The notes under the pieces: generated by a model | Database searches by the model: none | What the model was told of the DNA's origin: nothing | Seen by the model: only the letters and a program-made list of their open reading frames with translations | Translations under genes and position numbers: made by a program | Part shown: in pieces, positions 9,654-20,291 of the stretch | Numbering within the stretch: position 1 is the stretch's first letter | Layout: every line of letters starts with the position of its first letter | From: Candidatus Latescibacterota bacterium | GTDB lineage: Bacteria > Latescibacterota > UBA2968 | Direction: 5' to 3' | NCBI GenBank assembly: GCA_965116885.1 | Contig: OZ220741.1 | Location: 2,944,001-3,008,000 of the forward strand | Length of the DNA stretch: 64,000 nucleotides

Positions 9654-11084
9654 ATGCACACTCTTGAAAAACATCCTTTTGCAGCGTTATTTGGCATTGA
9701 TGAAAGTGTGTCAGCGCAGGCATTGTCCGAAGCGATGTCCCGAGGTGCCGAATTTGCCGATCTGTATTTTCAGTATGTGCGTACGACGTCTCTCAGTTTA
9801 GAAGATGGCATTATTTCCAGTGCCAATACAGGTATTGATCAAGGCGTGGGGATTCGCGCGGTGATTGGAGATCAGGTTGGCTATGCTTTTTCCGAGAGTT
9901 TAGAAGCAGACGCGATTTATAAGGCTGCCCGGACAGCAGCTGCGATAGCAGAGGGTACAAAGAATATGCCGCCGCAACACTTGCAGGGTAGTGAGGTTGA
10001 TAATTATTACGCGATTGACCGCGATTGGGATGAGGTCAATATTACCGAACGTCTGCCATTGGTGCAAAGTGCAGAGACGATGACTCGCGCAATGGATCCC
10101 TCAATAGAAAAGGTGTCTGTAGGATGGATGGACAGGGATGAGCGCGTGCTCATTGTGACCAGCGATGGTGTTTTCAGTACGGATCGTCGGCCTATGGCGA
10201 CGCTGTATTGCTCGGTGACTGCGAACAAGAATGGCGTGCGGCAGAGCAATGGGGCTTCGGTCTCTCGGCGCGAGGGTATTGACTATTTCACTGGGGAAAA
10301 CATCAGAGCGGTCTGTCAAAAGGCAGTTGATCGCACGATGATTCTCTTTGAGGCGCAGCGCCCACCTGCTGGCGAAATGCCGGTGGTGCTTGCAGCAGGT
10401 GCTTCGGGTATTTTGCTCCACGAGGCGATTGGTCACGGTCTGGAAGCGGATTTCAATCGCAAGGGTACTTCTATTTACGCGACGATGATGAATGAGAAAG
10501 TCGCCCCGGATTTTGTGACGATTGTCGATGATGGTTTGCAGGAAAATGATCGCGGGGCTCTCAATGTAGATGACGAAGGCCAGGCTACTGCGTGTACGAC
10601 GCTTATTGAGAACGGCGTCTTAAAAAGCTATTTGCACGACCGCATTTCGGCAAAACACTACGGGGTTGCGCCCACGGGGTCGGGCCGCCGCGAGAGTTTT
10701 CGGCATGTTCCTATGCCGCGTATGCGATCTACGTATATGCTCGACGGACCCCACACCCGCGACGAGATTATCGGTGCTGTCGATTACGGCATTATTGCCG
10801 ATACCTTTACCAATGGACAGGTGCAAATTGGCGCGGGAGATTTTACTTTTTATATTAAGAATGGATGGCTTATCGAAGGCGGCAAAATTACTGCGCCGAT
10901 CAAGGATGTCAATATTATTGGCAATGGTCCCGAGGCTTTGAAAAATGTGGTTATGGCAGCAGGCGATGCCGTGCTGGACGATGGCAGCTGGACGTGTGGA
11001 AAAAATGGACAGGGTGTGCCCGTTTCGATGGGCGTTCCGACGATGCTGGTGGAAGAGAGTATGACTGTGGGTGGGGTGAACTAA
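9654..11084 (+). CDS. tldD: TldD metalloprotease
   Basis: HEAIGHGLEAD, DDEG, GRRES..PMPRM, CGKNGQ.VPV. Confidence 0.96.
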   Translation: MHTLEKHPFAALFGIDESVSAQALSEAMSRGAEFADLYFQYVRTTSLSLEDGIISSANTGIDQGVGIRAVIGDQVGYAFSESLEADAIYKAARTAAAIAEGTKNMPPQHLQGSEVDNYYAIDRDWDEVNITERLPLVQSAETMTRAMDPSIEKVSVGWMDRDERVLIVTSDGVFSTDRRPMATLYCSVTANKNGVRQSNGASVSRREGIDYFTGENIRAVCQKAVDRTMILFEAQRPPAGEMPVVLAAGASGILLHEAIGHGLEADFNRKGTSIYATMMNEKVAPDFVTIVDDGLQENDRGALNVDDEGQATACTTLIENGVLKSYLHDRISAKHYGVAPTGSGRRESFRHVPMPRMRSTYMLDGPHTRDEIIGAVDYGIIADTFTNGQVQIGAGDFTFYIKNGWLIEGGKITAPIKDVNIIGNGPEALKNVVMAAGDAVLDDGSWTCGKNGQGVPVSMGVPTMLVEESMTVGGVN

Positions 11085-12401
11085 ATGGAACGAGAACTTC
11101 TCCAACAGGCAGAACGAGCGATCGAGCAGGCGCGCAGGGCGGGGGCAAATGATGCGATAGCGCGGGTGCGGGATGAAAACAGCACGGAGTACACGTATCG
11201 CGATGGCAATATCGAGCAGGTTCAACAAAGTGCTACCCGCGGCTTGAGCATTCAATTGTATGTCAATGGGCGGTATTCGACACATCAGACCTCGGATTTG
11301 CGCGCGGCGTCAGTTGCCCGGTTTATCGAAGATGCGGTTGCGCTGACGCAACATCTGGCCGAAGATCCGCATCGCGTTATTCCCGATGCTGCGTTGTATG
11401 CAAATCGTCCGGATACCGATCTTCAATCCGATGATGCAGTGGTGCGCGATTTGCCCCGCGAAGCGTGTATTGATTGGCTAAAAAAGATGGATGCTGTCAC
11501 CCATATAGATGACCGCGTGGTGAGTGCTTCCGCTGGTGCCTACTATGGTTGGAATACGTCGGCTCGGGTGAGTTCAAATGGATTTTCGGGGATACAGAGC
11601 GGGACTTCGATAGGCTATGGTGCGAGTGTGACGCTCAAAGAGGGCGAGCATGGGCGTCCCGAAGATCATCGCTATGTGCGGGCACATCATTTGTCGGATT
11701 TGCCCGATCCTGAGACGGTTGCGCGCGAGGGCCTCGATCGCGCGATTTCCCGATTGGGCAGTGAAAAAGCACCGAGCGAGCGGGCGACTATGGTGGTTGA
11801 TCCCGAAGCGGGCGGGCGTTTGATTGGCGCGATATGGGGCGCGTTGCAGGCGCGCAGCGTTCAGCAGAACCGGTCTTTTCTCGCTGATAAAAAAGACGCG
11901 CAGATTGCCAGTTCGCTCCTGACGGTGACAGATGATCCTCTGATGGTGCGCGGTCTCGCATCTCGGCATTACGATGGCGAGGGCATTTCGACAAAGTGCA
12001 GATGCGTCATCGATCAGGGCGTTTTGCAAATGTATTACGTCGATACGTATTACGGGCGCAAACTCGGCTGGGAGCCTTCAACGGGAACGTCGTCCAATCT
12101 CGTTTTTGCGCCGGGCAATAAAGATCTCAATGGCCTGGTTTCAGAGATTAAAGACGGCTTTCACGTCACGTCGTGGCTCGGCGGCAATGCCGATACGACG
12201 ACTGGAGATTTTTCTTATGGTTTTCGCGGCTTTCGCATTGCCAACGGGCAGAAAACAGGTGCGGTATCGGAAATGAATATCGCTGGCAATTTTCTCGATC
12301 TGTTGCAAAATCTCGTCGCTGTGGGCAATGATCCCAATGTCTATTCCAGTATGCAGACGCCCACTTTGGTTTTTGACAATGTGGCGTTTAGCGGGAAGTA
12401 A
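11085..12401 (+). CDS. pmbA: TldE/PmbA protein
   Basis: Abuts tldD; DGEG, TGDFS, EMNIAGN; no HEXXH. Confidence 0.93.
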   Translation: MERELLQQAERAIEQARRAGANDAIARVRDENSTEYTYRDGNIEQVQQSATRGLSIQLYVNGRYSTHQTSDLRAASVARFIEDAVALTQHLAEDPHRVIPDAALYANRPDTDLQSDDAVVRDLPREACIDWLKKMDAVTHIDDRVVSASAGAYYGWNTSARVSSNGFSGIQSGTSIGYGASVTLKEGEHGRPEDHRYVRAHHLSDLPDPETVAREGLDRAISRLGSEKAPSERATMVVDPEAGGRLIGAIWGALQARSVQQNRSFLADKKDAQIASSLLTVTDDPLMVRGLASRHYDGEGISTKCRCVIDQGVLQMYYVDTYYGRKLGWEPSTGTSSNLVFAPGNKDLNGLVSEIKDGFHVTSWLGGNADTTTGDFSYGFRGFRIANGQKTGAVSEMNIAGNFLDLLQNLVAVGNDPNVYSSMQTPTLVFDNVAFSGK

Positions 12402-12429
12402 TAAAGAGTGGCATTAGAGAGGGAAAATA

Positions 12430-13710
12430 ATGTCTGCCGCAAAAACGCCGCGCCATATTGCATTGGATATTCTCTGCCGCGTTGAACGGGGCGCATATCT
12501 CGACCGCTTGCTCGACGCACAACGCGAGCATATTCGCGATCCCGATGGCGATTTGCTTCAACATCTCGTGCGGGGTACGCTGACCTATCGGGCGCGGCTC
12601 GACCATATTTTGACGCCCTATCTCAAAAAATCCCTGTCCAGACAGCACGCAAAACTCCGCAATCTCCTGCGCCTGGGGGTTTATCAACTCCAGTATCTCG
12701 ACCGCGTGCCGCCTTATGCGGTTGTTTCTGAATCTGTTATTCTCGCCCGTCACATTCTCGGGGAGCCGATTGCGAAATTGGTCAATGCCGTGTTGCGCGG
12801 TGTGGCCGAAAATCGCAAGCCTGTTGTTTTTCCCGATTTTGATCGCAATCCCGTCGAATATCTCGCCATCGCGACATCACATCCCCGGTGGCTCGTTGCG
12901 CGGTGGGTCAAACGCTATGGCGTGGATGAAACACGCGCCCTGTGTGAATTTGACAATGCCCAACCCGCCCTCACTGTTCGCCCCAATGCGTTGCGAACGA
13001 CGCCCGATGCCCTGCGCGAACAACTCGCGCTCGAAGGGATTGACACCGAATTTGCAGCGTCCGATCTTCTCACAGTATCTCAGGCGGGCCACCTTTTTCA
13101 GAGCAGGGCTTATTGCGATGGCCTCTTTAGCGTTCAAGGCGCGGGGGCTGCGATGGTTGTTCCCCTGCTCGATCCCCAACCCGGCGAGGCTGTTCTCGAT
13201 TTGTGTAGTGCGCCCGGTGGTAAAGCCACTGCTATGGCGGAGCGCATGAAGAATCGGGGTTTTATTTTCGCTATAGATCTCTATCCGCGCCGTCTCGAAA
13301 TATTAAAACAAAACACGCATCGGCTCGGAGTTAAATGTGTTTATCCACTCGCTGCCGATGCGCGTTATCTGGCTGTCAACCGCTTATTTGATCGGGTTCT
13401 GGTCGATGTGCCCTGTTCTTCGCTGGGTATTTTGAATCACCATCCCGACTTGCGCTGGCGGGAGTGTGATATTCACGGTCTTGCGCGTTTGCAGCGTGCC
13501 CTTATCGAACGCGCTGCCGATTACATGCGCCCGGGCGGTGTTCTCGTCTATAGTACTTGTACCCTTGAACCGGAGGAAAATGAGCGCGTTGTCGAAGGCT
13601 TTTTAAGCGATCATCCGGGCTTTCAGATTACCCATCCCTATCTGCAATTGCTACCCCATCAAACTGGTAATGACGGTGTTTTTGCCGCGCGGTTGGAGCG
13701 CTCCGTTTAG
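12430..13710 (+). CDS. rsmB: 16S rRNA m5C967 methyltransferase
   Basis: NusB-like N-terminus, SHPRW, DLCSAPGGK, DVPCS, YSTCT..PEENE. Confidence 0.95.
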   Translation: MSAAKTPRHIALDILCRVERGAYLDRLLDAQREHIRDPDGDLLQHLVRGTLTYRARLDHILTPYLKKSLSRQHAKLRNLLRLGVYQLQYLDRVPPYAVVSESVILARHILGEPIAKLVNAVLRGVAENRKPVVFPDFDRNPVEYLAIATSHPRWLVARWVKRYGVDETRALCEFDNAQPALTVRPNALRTTPDALREQLALEGIDTEFAASDLLTVSQAGHLFQSRAYCDGLFSVQGAGAAMVVPLLDPQPGEAVLDLCSAPGGKATAMAERMKNRGFIFAIDLYPRRLEILKQNTHRLGVKCVYPLAADARYLAVNRLFDRVLVDVPCSSLGILNHHPDLRWRECDIHGLARLQRALIERAADYMRPGGVLVYSTCTLEPEENERVVEGFLSDHPGFQITHPYLQLLPHQTGNDGVFAARLERSV

Positions 13711-15191
13711 GTCAACTCGTAGTGTCTGGAGTCAGGTCGAGGCACTGGCCGGGCATCTTCGGTGTTGATACTCCAGTCGGCCAGTCGCAGTCGCATGTCG
13801 GCGAGTTCGTCGCGATGTTGTTCTTCATCGATCACATTGACCAATTCGCCTGGATCGGCGACGAGGTCATAGAGTTCGTCGCGATCTCCCATGGGGTCGT
13901 GGACGTACTTCCACTGGCGGGTGCGGACCATCTTGCACCGACCGGCTGCCTCGCGCCACTGCAAGGTGTCAATCAGGGTCTTGCGGCCCCAGGGTTGGGG
14001 TAGCTTTTCCAGGTCGGCCGTGGTAAAGAGCGGTCCTCCACTTCCGTATTCGGAAAAAGTCGCGTCTCGAGGTGCGGCTTCGGTTACAGTGGGCAGCGGT
14101 ATTCCGTGCATGGAATGCGGCTGTGCCAGCCCTTGCAATTGTAACAGCGTGGGGACCACATCGATCAGATTGGCCATGCTCTGATCGCGTACCCCGGCGG
14201 TGACCTGTCCGGGCCAGGAGACGATTAGCGGCACCCGCGTCAGGCTGTCGTAGAAGACCCCACCCTTGCACTGCATGGCGTGTTCCCCCATAAAGTCGCC
14301 GTGGTCCGAACAAAAGACCACAATCGTCTGTTCTCGCAGCCCCAGTGCGTCGAGTTTGTCGAGTATTTGACCGAGCGCGTCGTCGATAAAGCGCACCATA
14401 CCAAAATACGAGGCCATAACGCCGTAGAGATCTTCAATCGAGTCGCGGCGCACCCCCAGCATTTGGTAAAGTGCTCGGTTGCGCTCGGGGGCGCGTTCAT
14501 CGTCAAATTCGTCGTCACGCCAGGGGGGAAGGTCAATGTTCTCGGGCGGAAACAAGGCCGCGTATTCGGCCGGGCACAGCCACGGTTCGTGTGGATCGGG
14601 AAAGGAAACCCACAGGGCAAAGGGCTGATCGCGATGCTTTTCGATAAAGCGCGTCGTCTGTCCAGCGATCAGGCCGGTGGAGTGATCCTCTAACGGCAGT
14701 TCGGAGGTGCCGTAGCTGAAGCGGGGGTTCTGATGGGGGAGTTGGCGATGTGCGGCGGCGACTTTGCGACGACCTTCTGCAGGCCGGAACCAGTCCATGC
14801 CCCGCGTCTCTTCGCCGCGACCGCCGTGGGTAAAGGGGTTCCACACGTCGAAGAGTGCCAAATCCTCCTCCTGCTGGAAGCAGTGGTTTTTGCCGATCAG
14901 GCCCGTGGCGTAGCCCGCCGCTTTCCAGAGTTGCCAGGCGTGTTCGGCACCGGCTGGCATCAAGGTCTGGTTGCGTCGGCCCCCGTGCGAGTGGGGAAAT
15001 TGCGAGGTCCAAAATGAGATGCGCGCCGGCACACAGAGCGGGTGTGGGGTGATGGCGTTTTCAAAGAGCACGCCGTCGGCTGATAGGCGTTCCATTGACG
15101 GGGTTTGGCAAAAGGTGTTGCCGTAGAGGTGGCTGGCCGTGGCGCGCTGTTGGTCGGTCATGATTACCAGGATGTTGGGGCGGTCAGTCAT
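13707..15191 (-). CDS. Formylglycine-dependent sulfatase (choline-sulfatase-like)
   Basis: PNILVIMTDQQR, CVPAR (CxPxR), GKNH, PHEP, SDHGD, ELYDL.ADP.E. Confidence 0.93.
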   Translation of the reverse strand: MTDRPNILVIMTDQQRATASHLYGNTFCQTPSMERLSADGVLFENAITPHPLCVPARISFWTSQFPHSHGGRRNQTLMPAGAEHAWQLWKAAGYATGLIGKNHCFQQEEDLALFDVWNPFTHGGRGEETRGMDWFRPAEGRRKVAAAHRQLPHQNPRFSYGTSELPLEDHSTGLIAGQTTRFIEKHRDQPFALWVSFPDPHEPWLCPAEYAALFPPENIDLPPWRDDEFDDERAPERNRALYQMLGVRRDSIEDLYGVMASYFGMVRFIDDALGQILDKLDALGLREQTIVVFCSDHGDFMGEHAMQCKGGVFYDSLTRVPLIVSWPGQVTAGVRDQSMANLIDVVPTLLQLQGLAQPHSMHGIPLPTVTEAAPRDATFSEYGSGGPLFTTADLEKLPQPWGRKTLIDTLQWREAAGRCKMVRTRQWKYVHDPMGDRDELYDLVADPGELVNVIDEEQHRDELADMRLRLADWSINTEDARPVPRPDSRHYELT

Positions 15192-15210
15192 GGTGTTCTG
15201 CCTCGTTTTT

Positions 15211-16473
15211 TTATGCGGTTGCCGACATGGCTTTGCTCAATATTTCCGATGTGCTCGGGCGCATGATTCGGGGATCGACTTGTTCGCCATTGCTGAGTGT
15301 GTCGCGCACTTGAGAGCCTGAGATAAAGACCGGTTGTTCATCGGGGTGATTTTCCATCAAATCCACGCGCCCGAGTGATTCGTAATAGGCGGCAAATCCC
15401 ACGTTTACGGGCTGAATTTGGAGGTCGCCATTCAGTTGCTCAAAAATTTCCTGTGCATCGAAGTCCCCCCAGATCGCGCTGCCGTCGTGATAGGGGGCAT
15501 CGGCGTGTTTGCGGCCGATAATGATGTCGGTAAATCCAAAGTTCTGGCGATAAATGGCGTGCATGACGGCTTCTTTGGGGCCAGCGTAGAACATTTTGAT
15601 ATCCAGTCCGAGCAAGATTACTCTGTCCGGTACGGATTCCCCGCGTTTTTGCCAGAGTTCCACATCGCTATCCCCTTCGCCCAGTCCCCGAGATGCGATG
15701 AGTGCTTCGTAAGTTTGCATGCGAATTTCTGCGTTCACGTCGTCCGATTTGGTTTCGCCCACGAGGGGATTTAAGCACGCACCTGCGTTGTGTCCCTGGC
15801 GCAGGAGGGTTTCCAGGCCATATACCAGCGCGTATTCGTGTGCCCGATGCAGGGCATTGCGCGTTTGAAATGCCACAACGCGGTTCCAGCCTTTCTGGAC
15901 CAGGAGGGGTCTGACTTCTCGCGGGCTGAGTACGTATTGTCCAAAATGTGGGTTTTTGGGTTGGGGAAGTACCTGAATTTCACCGCCTATGAGATGGGTT
16001 TTGTCGGCATCGCCATTCAGAACCATATCGGCACCTGGATGGTCTGTGCGGTCCGTTAAATATACGCGCTGGAGATATTTGGTTTTATCCCATTCGAAGA
16101 TGTCGCTGATGTCCAGTACCGCCACTATTTCGCCAGATGTGTTTTCCAATGCGACTTTCTGGCCAATCGAAAGTGTTTGGGCAAGATTGGGACTCACGGG
16201 TAGTGATATTGGGATCGTCCAGGCATAGCGCTTGCCATCTACTTCGATGACGGATTCGTCGAGCACTCGATGATATGTTTGTGCATCCATCGGTCCTGTA
16301 AGCGGACTCAATCCGCCGTCGCCAAAACGATAGACCGAGGATAGATCTGCATCGCTGACCGGGACGCGCGTCAGTCCGTTTGCTCTGGATAAAAATGTTT
16401 CAACATCTACTACCAGACGATTGACCGGTTCGGATAGACCACCGTGGGGTGCAATCAAGGGTGTGTCGGACAT
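15211..16473 (-). CDS. sat: Sulfate adenylyltransferase
   Basis: [53 protein letters not shown] before ATG 16473. Confidence 0.95.
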   Translation of the reverse strand: MSDTPLIAPHGGLSEPVNRLVVDVETFLSRANGLTRVPVSDADLSSVYRFGDGGLSPLTGPMDAQTYHRVLDESVIEVDGKRYAWTIPISLPVSPNLAQTLSIGQKVALENTSGEIVAVLDISDIFEWDKTKYLQRVYLTDRTDHPGADMVLNGDADKTHLIGGEIQVLPQPKNPHFGQYVLSPREVRPLLVQKGWNRVVAFQTRNALHRAHEYALVYGLETLLRQGHNAGACLNPLVGETKSDDVNAEIRMQTYEALIASRGLGEGDSDVELWQKRGESVPDRVILLGLDIKMFYAGPKEAVMHAIYRQNFGFTDIIIGRKHADAPYHDGSAIWGDFDAQEIFEQLNGDLQIQPVNVGFAAYYESLGRVDLMENHPDEQPVFISGSQVRDTLSNGEQVDPRIMRPSTSEILSKAMSATA

Positions 16474-16576
16474 TTGGGTAAACCTCCAGTGTTGTTTTTG
16501 ATATTCTTGATTCACTAAGTAATGAATATATCTTTGACCTGTTTTCTGTCAAGAAAGAAAGCGGTTTTTGGCTTCT

Positions 16577-17632
16577 TCAACGCAATTCATCCCATTTGAA
16601 TTCCAGGCGGATGAGATCCGGGGGCGATTCGCGGAGGTGGAGAGATTTATAGGTTATGACGTTGAAATACACTTTTTGGGCGCGCGTTGTGAAATAAGGC
16701 ATCGCATAGTACCCGTCGGGTACAATCGCGCCTTCGTAATTATCCAATATGGCATAGGTGAGGATGCCGAGTGATTCGGGATCGAACTTGAAGAGACACA
16801 ATTTCATGCCGCGTATCGCTTCCATGTAATTTCTACCGATGAAGTAGTAGCCGCCATCTCGCTCGAAAAGTCGCGGTCTGCCTATCTGGGCGCGTATGAA
16901 TTTGTAGGTTTCCGTCAGGTTCACTTCTCTGATTAATCGGAACGATTCATCGGTAAAATGCATTCGCTGGATGCCGTCCAGCCCCCGCGTGTTGAAGATG
17001 TATCCGTCTTCATATCGCAGGAAGGATGTTTCGTTGATGGGGGCGTTACCAAAGGTTTGTGTGAGGTTTGCCACAAACTGCCAGCTTTTTCCATTGTCAT
17101 CGGATCGAATCACATCCACATTCGGACTGTTATTCCGATAATGCCGGTAGGGCGTCAGGAGCATATAGGTCGTTTCTCTTTCTGTCAGGGATTCAAACGC
17201 ATAGACATATTCCGTACCGTTGATGGGACCGAGTTTTTCGCCCCCTTCAAAATGCACGCCATTATCTGAAGACCGATACGCAAGTAGCCCGAATTTGTCT
17301 TTTGAATTTGGGAAATGGGGATCTACGTACAGGCCAATATCCCCATTGGCGAATCGGACAAATTCTCCGTTCTGGATCGTGAATCCATTCAGGTGTGCGA
17401 CAATTTTTCGATCTGAAATTGTTCCCGTGGTGGGATTGTAGCGAAACATCTCCCAGTCAGCCGCTGGTTCTGTGTTGTGCCGGGTGCCGCGTTTGTAGGC
17501 GATCAGGACATTATTCTCGTCCAGAAACAAGAGGTGTGGGGCTTTCACATAGGGTAGCGTTTTTTGTTCTGCTGCCCGTATCAGGATTTCCTGGGTTTTG
17601 TAATGAGGCAGGATGGGGATATGAGGTCTCAT
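16577..17632 (-). CDS. Sialidase-fold / BNR (Asp-box) beta-propeller protein
   Basis: Asp-boxes SSDNGVHF and SDDNGKSW; NETS motif. Confidence 0.65.
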   Translation of the reverse strand: MRPHIPILPHYKTQEILIRAAEQKTLPYVKAPHLLFLDENNVLIAYKRGTRHNTEPAADWEMFRYNPTTGTISDRKIVAHLNGFTIQNGEFVRFANGDIGLYVDPHFPNSKDKFGLLAYRSSDNGVHFEGGEKLGPINGTEYVYAFESLTERETTYMLLTPYRHYRNNSPNVDVIRSDDNGKSWQFVANLTQTFGNAPINETSFLRYEDGYIFNTRGLDGIQRMHFTDESFRLIREVNLTETYKFIRAQIGRPRLFERDGGYYFIGRNYMEAIRGMKLCLFKFDPESLGILTYAILDNYEGAIVPDGYYAMPYFTTRAQKVYFNVITYKSLHLRESPPDLIRLEFKWDELR

Positions 17633-17641
17633 AGTATTTTT

Positions 17642-18250
17642 CTACTGACAGTTGTCGCCCGCAAAAAAGGGGATGCCCTGAAGCCACGCCTGAAAGGCAG
17701 TATTGAGCGGCGCGCATAGCTCCGTGTCTTGAAAGATGAATTCCTTCAGGTTCGTCAGGTTTGTCAGGCTCTGCGGGAGTGGACCTGTCAGGCCATTCTG
17801 GTCGAGATACAGTCCCGTGAGGTTGGATAGGTTGCTCAATTCAGAGGGGACTGATCCGCTCAATGCATTTTGGGAAAGATACAGGTCCGTGAGGTTGGCC
17901 AGATTGCCCAATTCGGATGGGATCGGGCCGTGCAACTGATTGTCGGAAAGATTCAGTGTTTTGAGGTTGGACAGGTTGCCCAATGCCCCGGGGAGTTCGC
18001 CCGTCAGGTTATTGTTGGCGAGGTCCAGGGATATGATCTGTTCGTTAGAAATTGTGATGCCATGCCAGGTCGAAAGGTCGCTGTCGCTCAGCCAATTTGT
18101 CCTGTTCGTCCAGTTTGCTCCATCGGTGGCATTATACAGGACCACCAGTACATCGCGGTCTGCCGCCAATGATTGTTCTGGTCCCGTGCTGTTATTTTTA
18201 CAACTGAAAAGGAGAAATACCAGCATAATGTAAGTGGGGAATGGTCGCAT
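17642..18250 (-). CDS. Leucine-rich repeat lipoprotein (plant-type 24-aa LRRs)
   Basis: Lipobox LFSC; cap DRDVLVVLYNATDGANW..W..W.G; repeats LxxNxLxGxIPxxLGNLxNLxxL. Confidence 0.93.
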   Translation of the reverse strand: MRPFPTYIMLVFLLFSCKNNSTGPEQSLAADRDVLVVLYNATDGANWTNRTNWLSDSDLSTWHGITISNEQIISLDLANNNLTGELPGALGNLSNLKTLNLSDNQLHGPIPSELGNLANLTDLYLSQNALSGSVPSELSNLSNLTGLYLDQNGLTGPLPQSLTNLTNLKEFIFQDTELCAPLNTAFQAWLQGIPFFAGDNCQ

Positions 18251-18271
18251 TATGCCATCCTAATATAAGAA

Positions 18272-18307
18272 AACAGGCACTTGCGAGAATATGCGTAAGT
18301 GCCTGTT
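18272..18307 (-). terminator. Hairpin terminator downstream of tRNA-Lys
   Basis: AACAGGCACTT...AAGTGCCTGTT inverted repeat, with a T run on the minus strand. Confidence 0.7.
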
Positions 18308-18313
18308 GGATTA

Positions 18314-18389
<76 letters not shown>

Positions 18390-18410
18390 GTTTTTTTATG
18401 TGCGATTGGA

Positions 18411-18439
18411 AATGTAAAGAAGCCTTTGCGCGATGTCAA
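18411..18439 (-). promoter_or_regulatory. Sigma70 promoter of tRNA-Lys
   Basis: TTGACA-17 bp-TACATT on the minus strand. Confidence 0.75.
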
Positions 18440-18909
18440 GTCTTGCGAATGTAAGTTCCGCTGCGTCCACCGCTTTTTTGCAAGAGACAGATTTCTCCGA
18501 TGACCATGTTGCGATCTACTGCTTTGCACATGTCGTATATGGTCAATAGGGCGACACTTACCGCGGTGAGCGCTTCCATTTCGACACCTGTGCGGTCGGG
18601 TACGCGCACGGTTGCACGCGCTGTAATGCTCATGTCCTCGATTTCAAAATTGAGTTCGACGCCCGTAATGCCCAGTGGATGACACATTGGAATGAGTTCA
18701 GAGGTGCGTTTGGCGGCCATGATGCCCGCAATGCGCGCGGTTTCCAGCACATTGCCTTTGGGTATGTTTCCCCCAGTGACGAGTTGCAGGGTTTCGGGCT
18801 GCATTTCAATTTTTCCCGATGCGATTGCTTCGCGGTCTGTCACATCTTTGTCTGTGACATCCACCATCTTTACGGATCCCTTTTCGTCAATATGTGTCAA
18901 TTTTGCCAT
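18436..18909 (-). CDS. moaC: Cyclic pyranopterin monophosphate synthase
   Basis: LTH, MVDV, LIPMCHP, TGVEMEAL, YDMCKA, KSGG. Confidence 0.98.
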   Translation of the reverse strand: MAKLTHIDEKGSVKMVDVTDKDVTDREAIASGKIEMQPETLQLVTGGNIPKGNVLETARIAGIMAAKRTSELIPMCHPLGITGVELNFEIEDMSITARATVRVPDRTGVEMEALTAVSVALLTIYDMCKAVDRNMVIGEICLLQKSGGRSGTYIRKT

Positions 18910-18915
18910 GATCTT

Positions 18916-20139
18916 TTACCAGCTATTCAGTAAAATGAGGGCTAATTCGGTTCCCGCAGGTACATGGGCATCTTCGGCATTGACTACGAATAAGCTGTTT
19001 GCGCGGGCCATTGAGAACAGGTCCGCCGAGCCGTGGTGCCCGACCCAGGTGCTTTTCCAAATGCCATTTTTGCCCTGAACACTGTGCGCGGGTACAAATT
19101 GCTTTCGCCCGGGCGTTTGTCGAAAGTCAGCATTGAGTACTGTACGGACGATGGGGAGGTGCAGATCCGTCATGCACTGCATTTTTCTGATCGCAGGGCG
19201 CATGAGCAATTCCAGGCCGACTACGGAAGATACCGGATTGCCGGGTAGGCCAAAGACCTGTCGCGCGCCTTTTACGCCAAATGTCAGGGGTTTGCCGGGT
19301 TTCATGCGGATGCGGTCAAAGAGTACTTCGACGCCCAGATCTCGCATGCCGTCTTGTACCAGATCGTATTCGCCAGCAGAGGCACCACCAGATAGGGCGA
19401 CGATATCACAGGTCTCCAGACCTTCGCCGATGGTTTGTATCAAGGCATGGATGTCGTCTTCTACAATGCCGAGATAACGCGCCTGTGCCCCCGAGCGCAG
19501 GACTTGAGCTACCATCGAGTACCCATTGCTGTTTCGAATTTGTCCGGGTTTGGGTTTGTGCTGGGGTTCGACCACTTCGCTGCCGGTTGCCACAATGCCG
19601 ACTATTGGTTGGCGATAGGTCTCGACATGGACATGCCCCACAGCGGCGAGAATGCCAACTTCGGGAGGGCGTATGACTGTGTTGGCTTGCAATACGACCT
19701 GATTGACGCGCACATCTTCGCCGAGGCGGGCGATATTTCTGCCTGTTTCCGTGGTGTCGAGCACGCGCACCTTTTGGGCATCTGTGTGTGGTTCTGTGTC
19801 TTCGATCATAATTACCGTGTCTGCGCCATCGGGTACAGGTGCGCCCGTCATAATTTGAGCGGCTTGCCCGCATTCCACGCGCTTTTGCGGTACTGTGCCC
19901 GCAGGGATCTCTTCGATCACATCGAGTATGATGGGTGTATTATTGGACGCGGATGCGATATCTGCTCCCTGAAGGGCATAACCATCCATGAGGGCTTTGT
20001 CAAAGGGTGGCATGTCGATATCTGATCGCACGTCTTCGGATAAAACGCGCCCGAGCACGTCGTCCAATCCAACGCGGATTTTGTCAATTGGCCGGGTATT
20101 TTCCATTACAATGCGAATGGCATCGTCCATTTCAATCAT
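18916..20139 (-). CDS. moeA: Molybdopterin molybdotransferase
   Basis: PPFDKALMDGYA, IMTGAP.P.GAD, SGG.S.G.YD, KPGKP, LPGNP. Confidence 0.97.
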   Translation of the reverse strand: MIEMDDAIRIVMENTRPIDKIRVGLDDVLGRVLSEDVRSDIDMPPFDKALMDGYALQGADIASASNNTPIILDVIEEIPAGTVPQKRVECGQAAQIMTGAPVPDGADTVIMIEDTEPHTDAQKVRVLDTTETGRNIARLGEDVRVNQVVLQANTVIRPPEVGILAAVGHVHVETYRQPIVGIVATGSEVVEPQHKPKPGQIRNSNGYSMVAQVLRSGAQARYLGIVEDDIHALIQTIGEGLETCDIVALSGGASAGEYDLVQDGMRDLGVEVLFDRIRMKPGKPLTFGVKGARQVFGLPGNPVSSVVGLELLMRPAIRKMQCMTDLHLPIVRTVLNADFRQTPGRKQFVPAHSVQGKNGIWKSTWVGHHGSADLFSMARANSLFVVNAEDAHVPAGTELALILLNSW

Positions 20140-20228
20140 AACTTTACTCCTTGTCTATTTTCCTCATCGCGCATAATATACGCAAACGGGTCAAAACATC
20201 TGCGATTTTTTTCTTGTATTTTTTGTAT

Positions 20229-20255
20229 AGTATGTCGATATTTCTTCGACATACT
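20229..20255. promoter_or_regulatory. Inverted repeat, probable AbiEi autoregulatory operator
   Basis: AGTATGTCGA-N7-TCGACATACT perfect IR just upstream of abiEi. Confidence 0.7.
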
Positions 20256-20291
20256 GTGTTAAAAATGACAATATTTTTGACGGGAAAAATC

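Noticed and set aside
9654..12401. TldD/E as part of a RiPP cluster
   Set aside because: No precursor or modification genes; housekeeping context (xth, rsmB)
20140..20228. Moco riboswitch upstream of moeA
   Set aside because: Short AT-rich region without the aptamer structure
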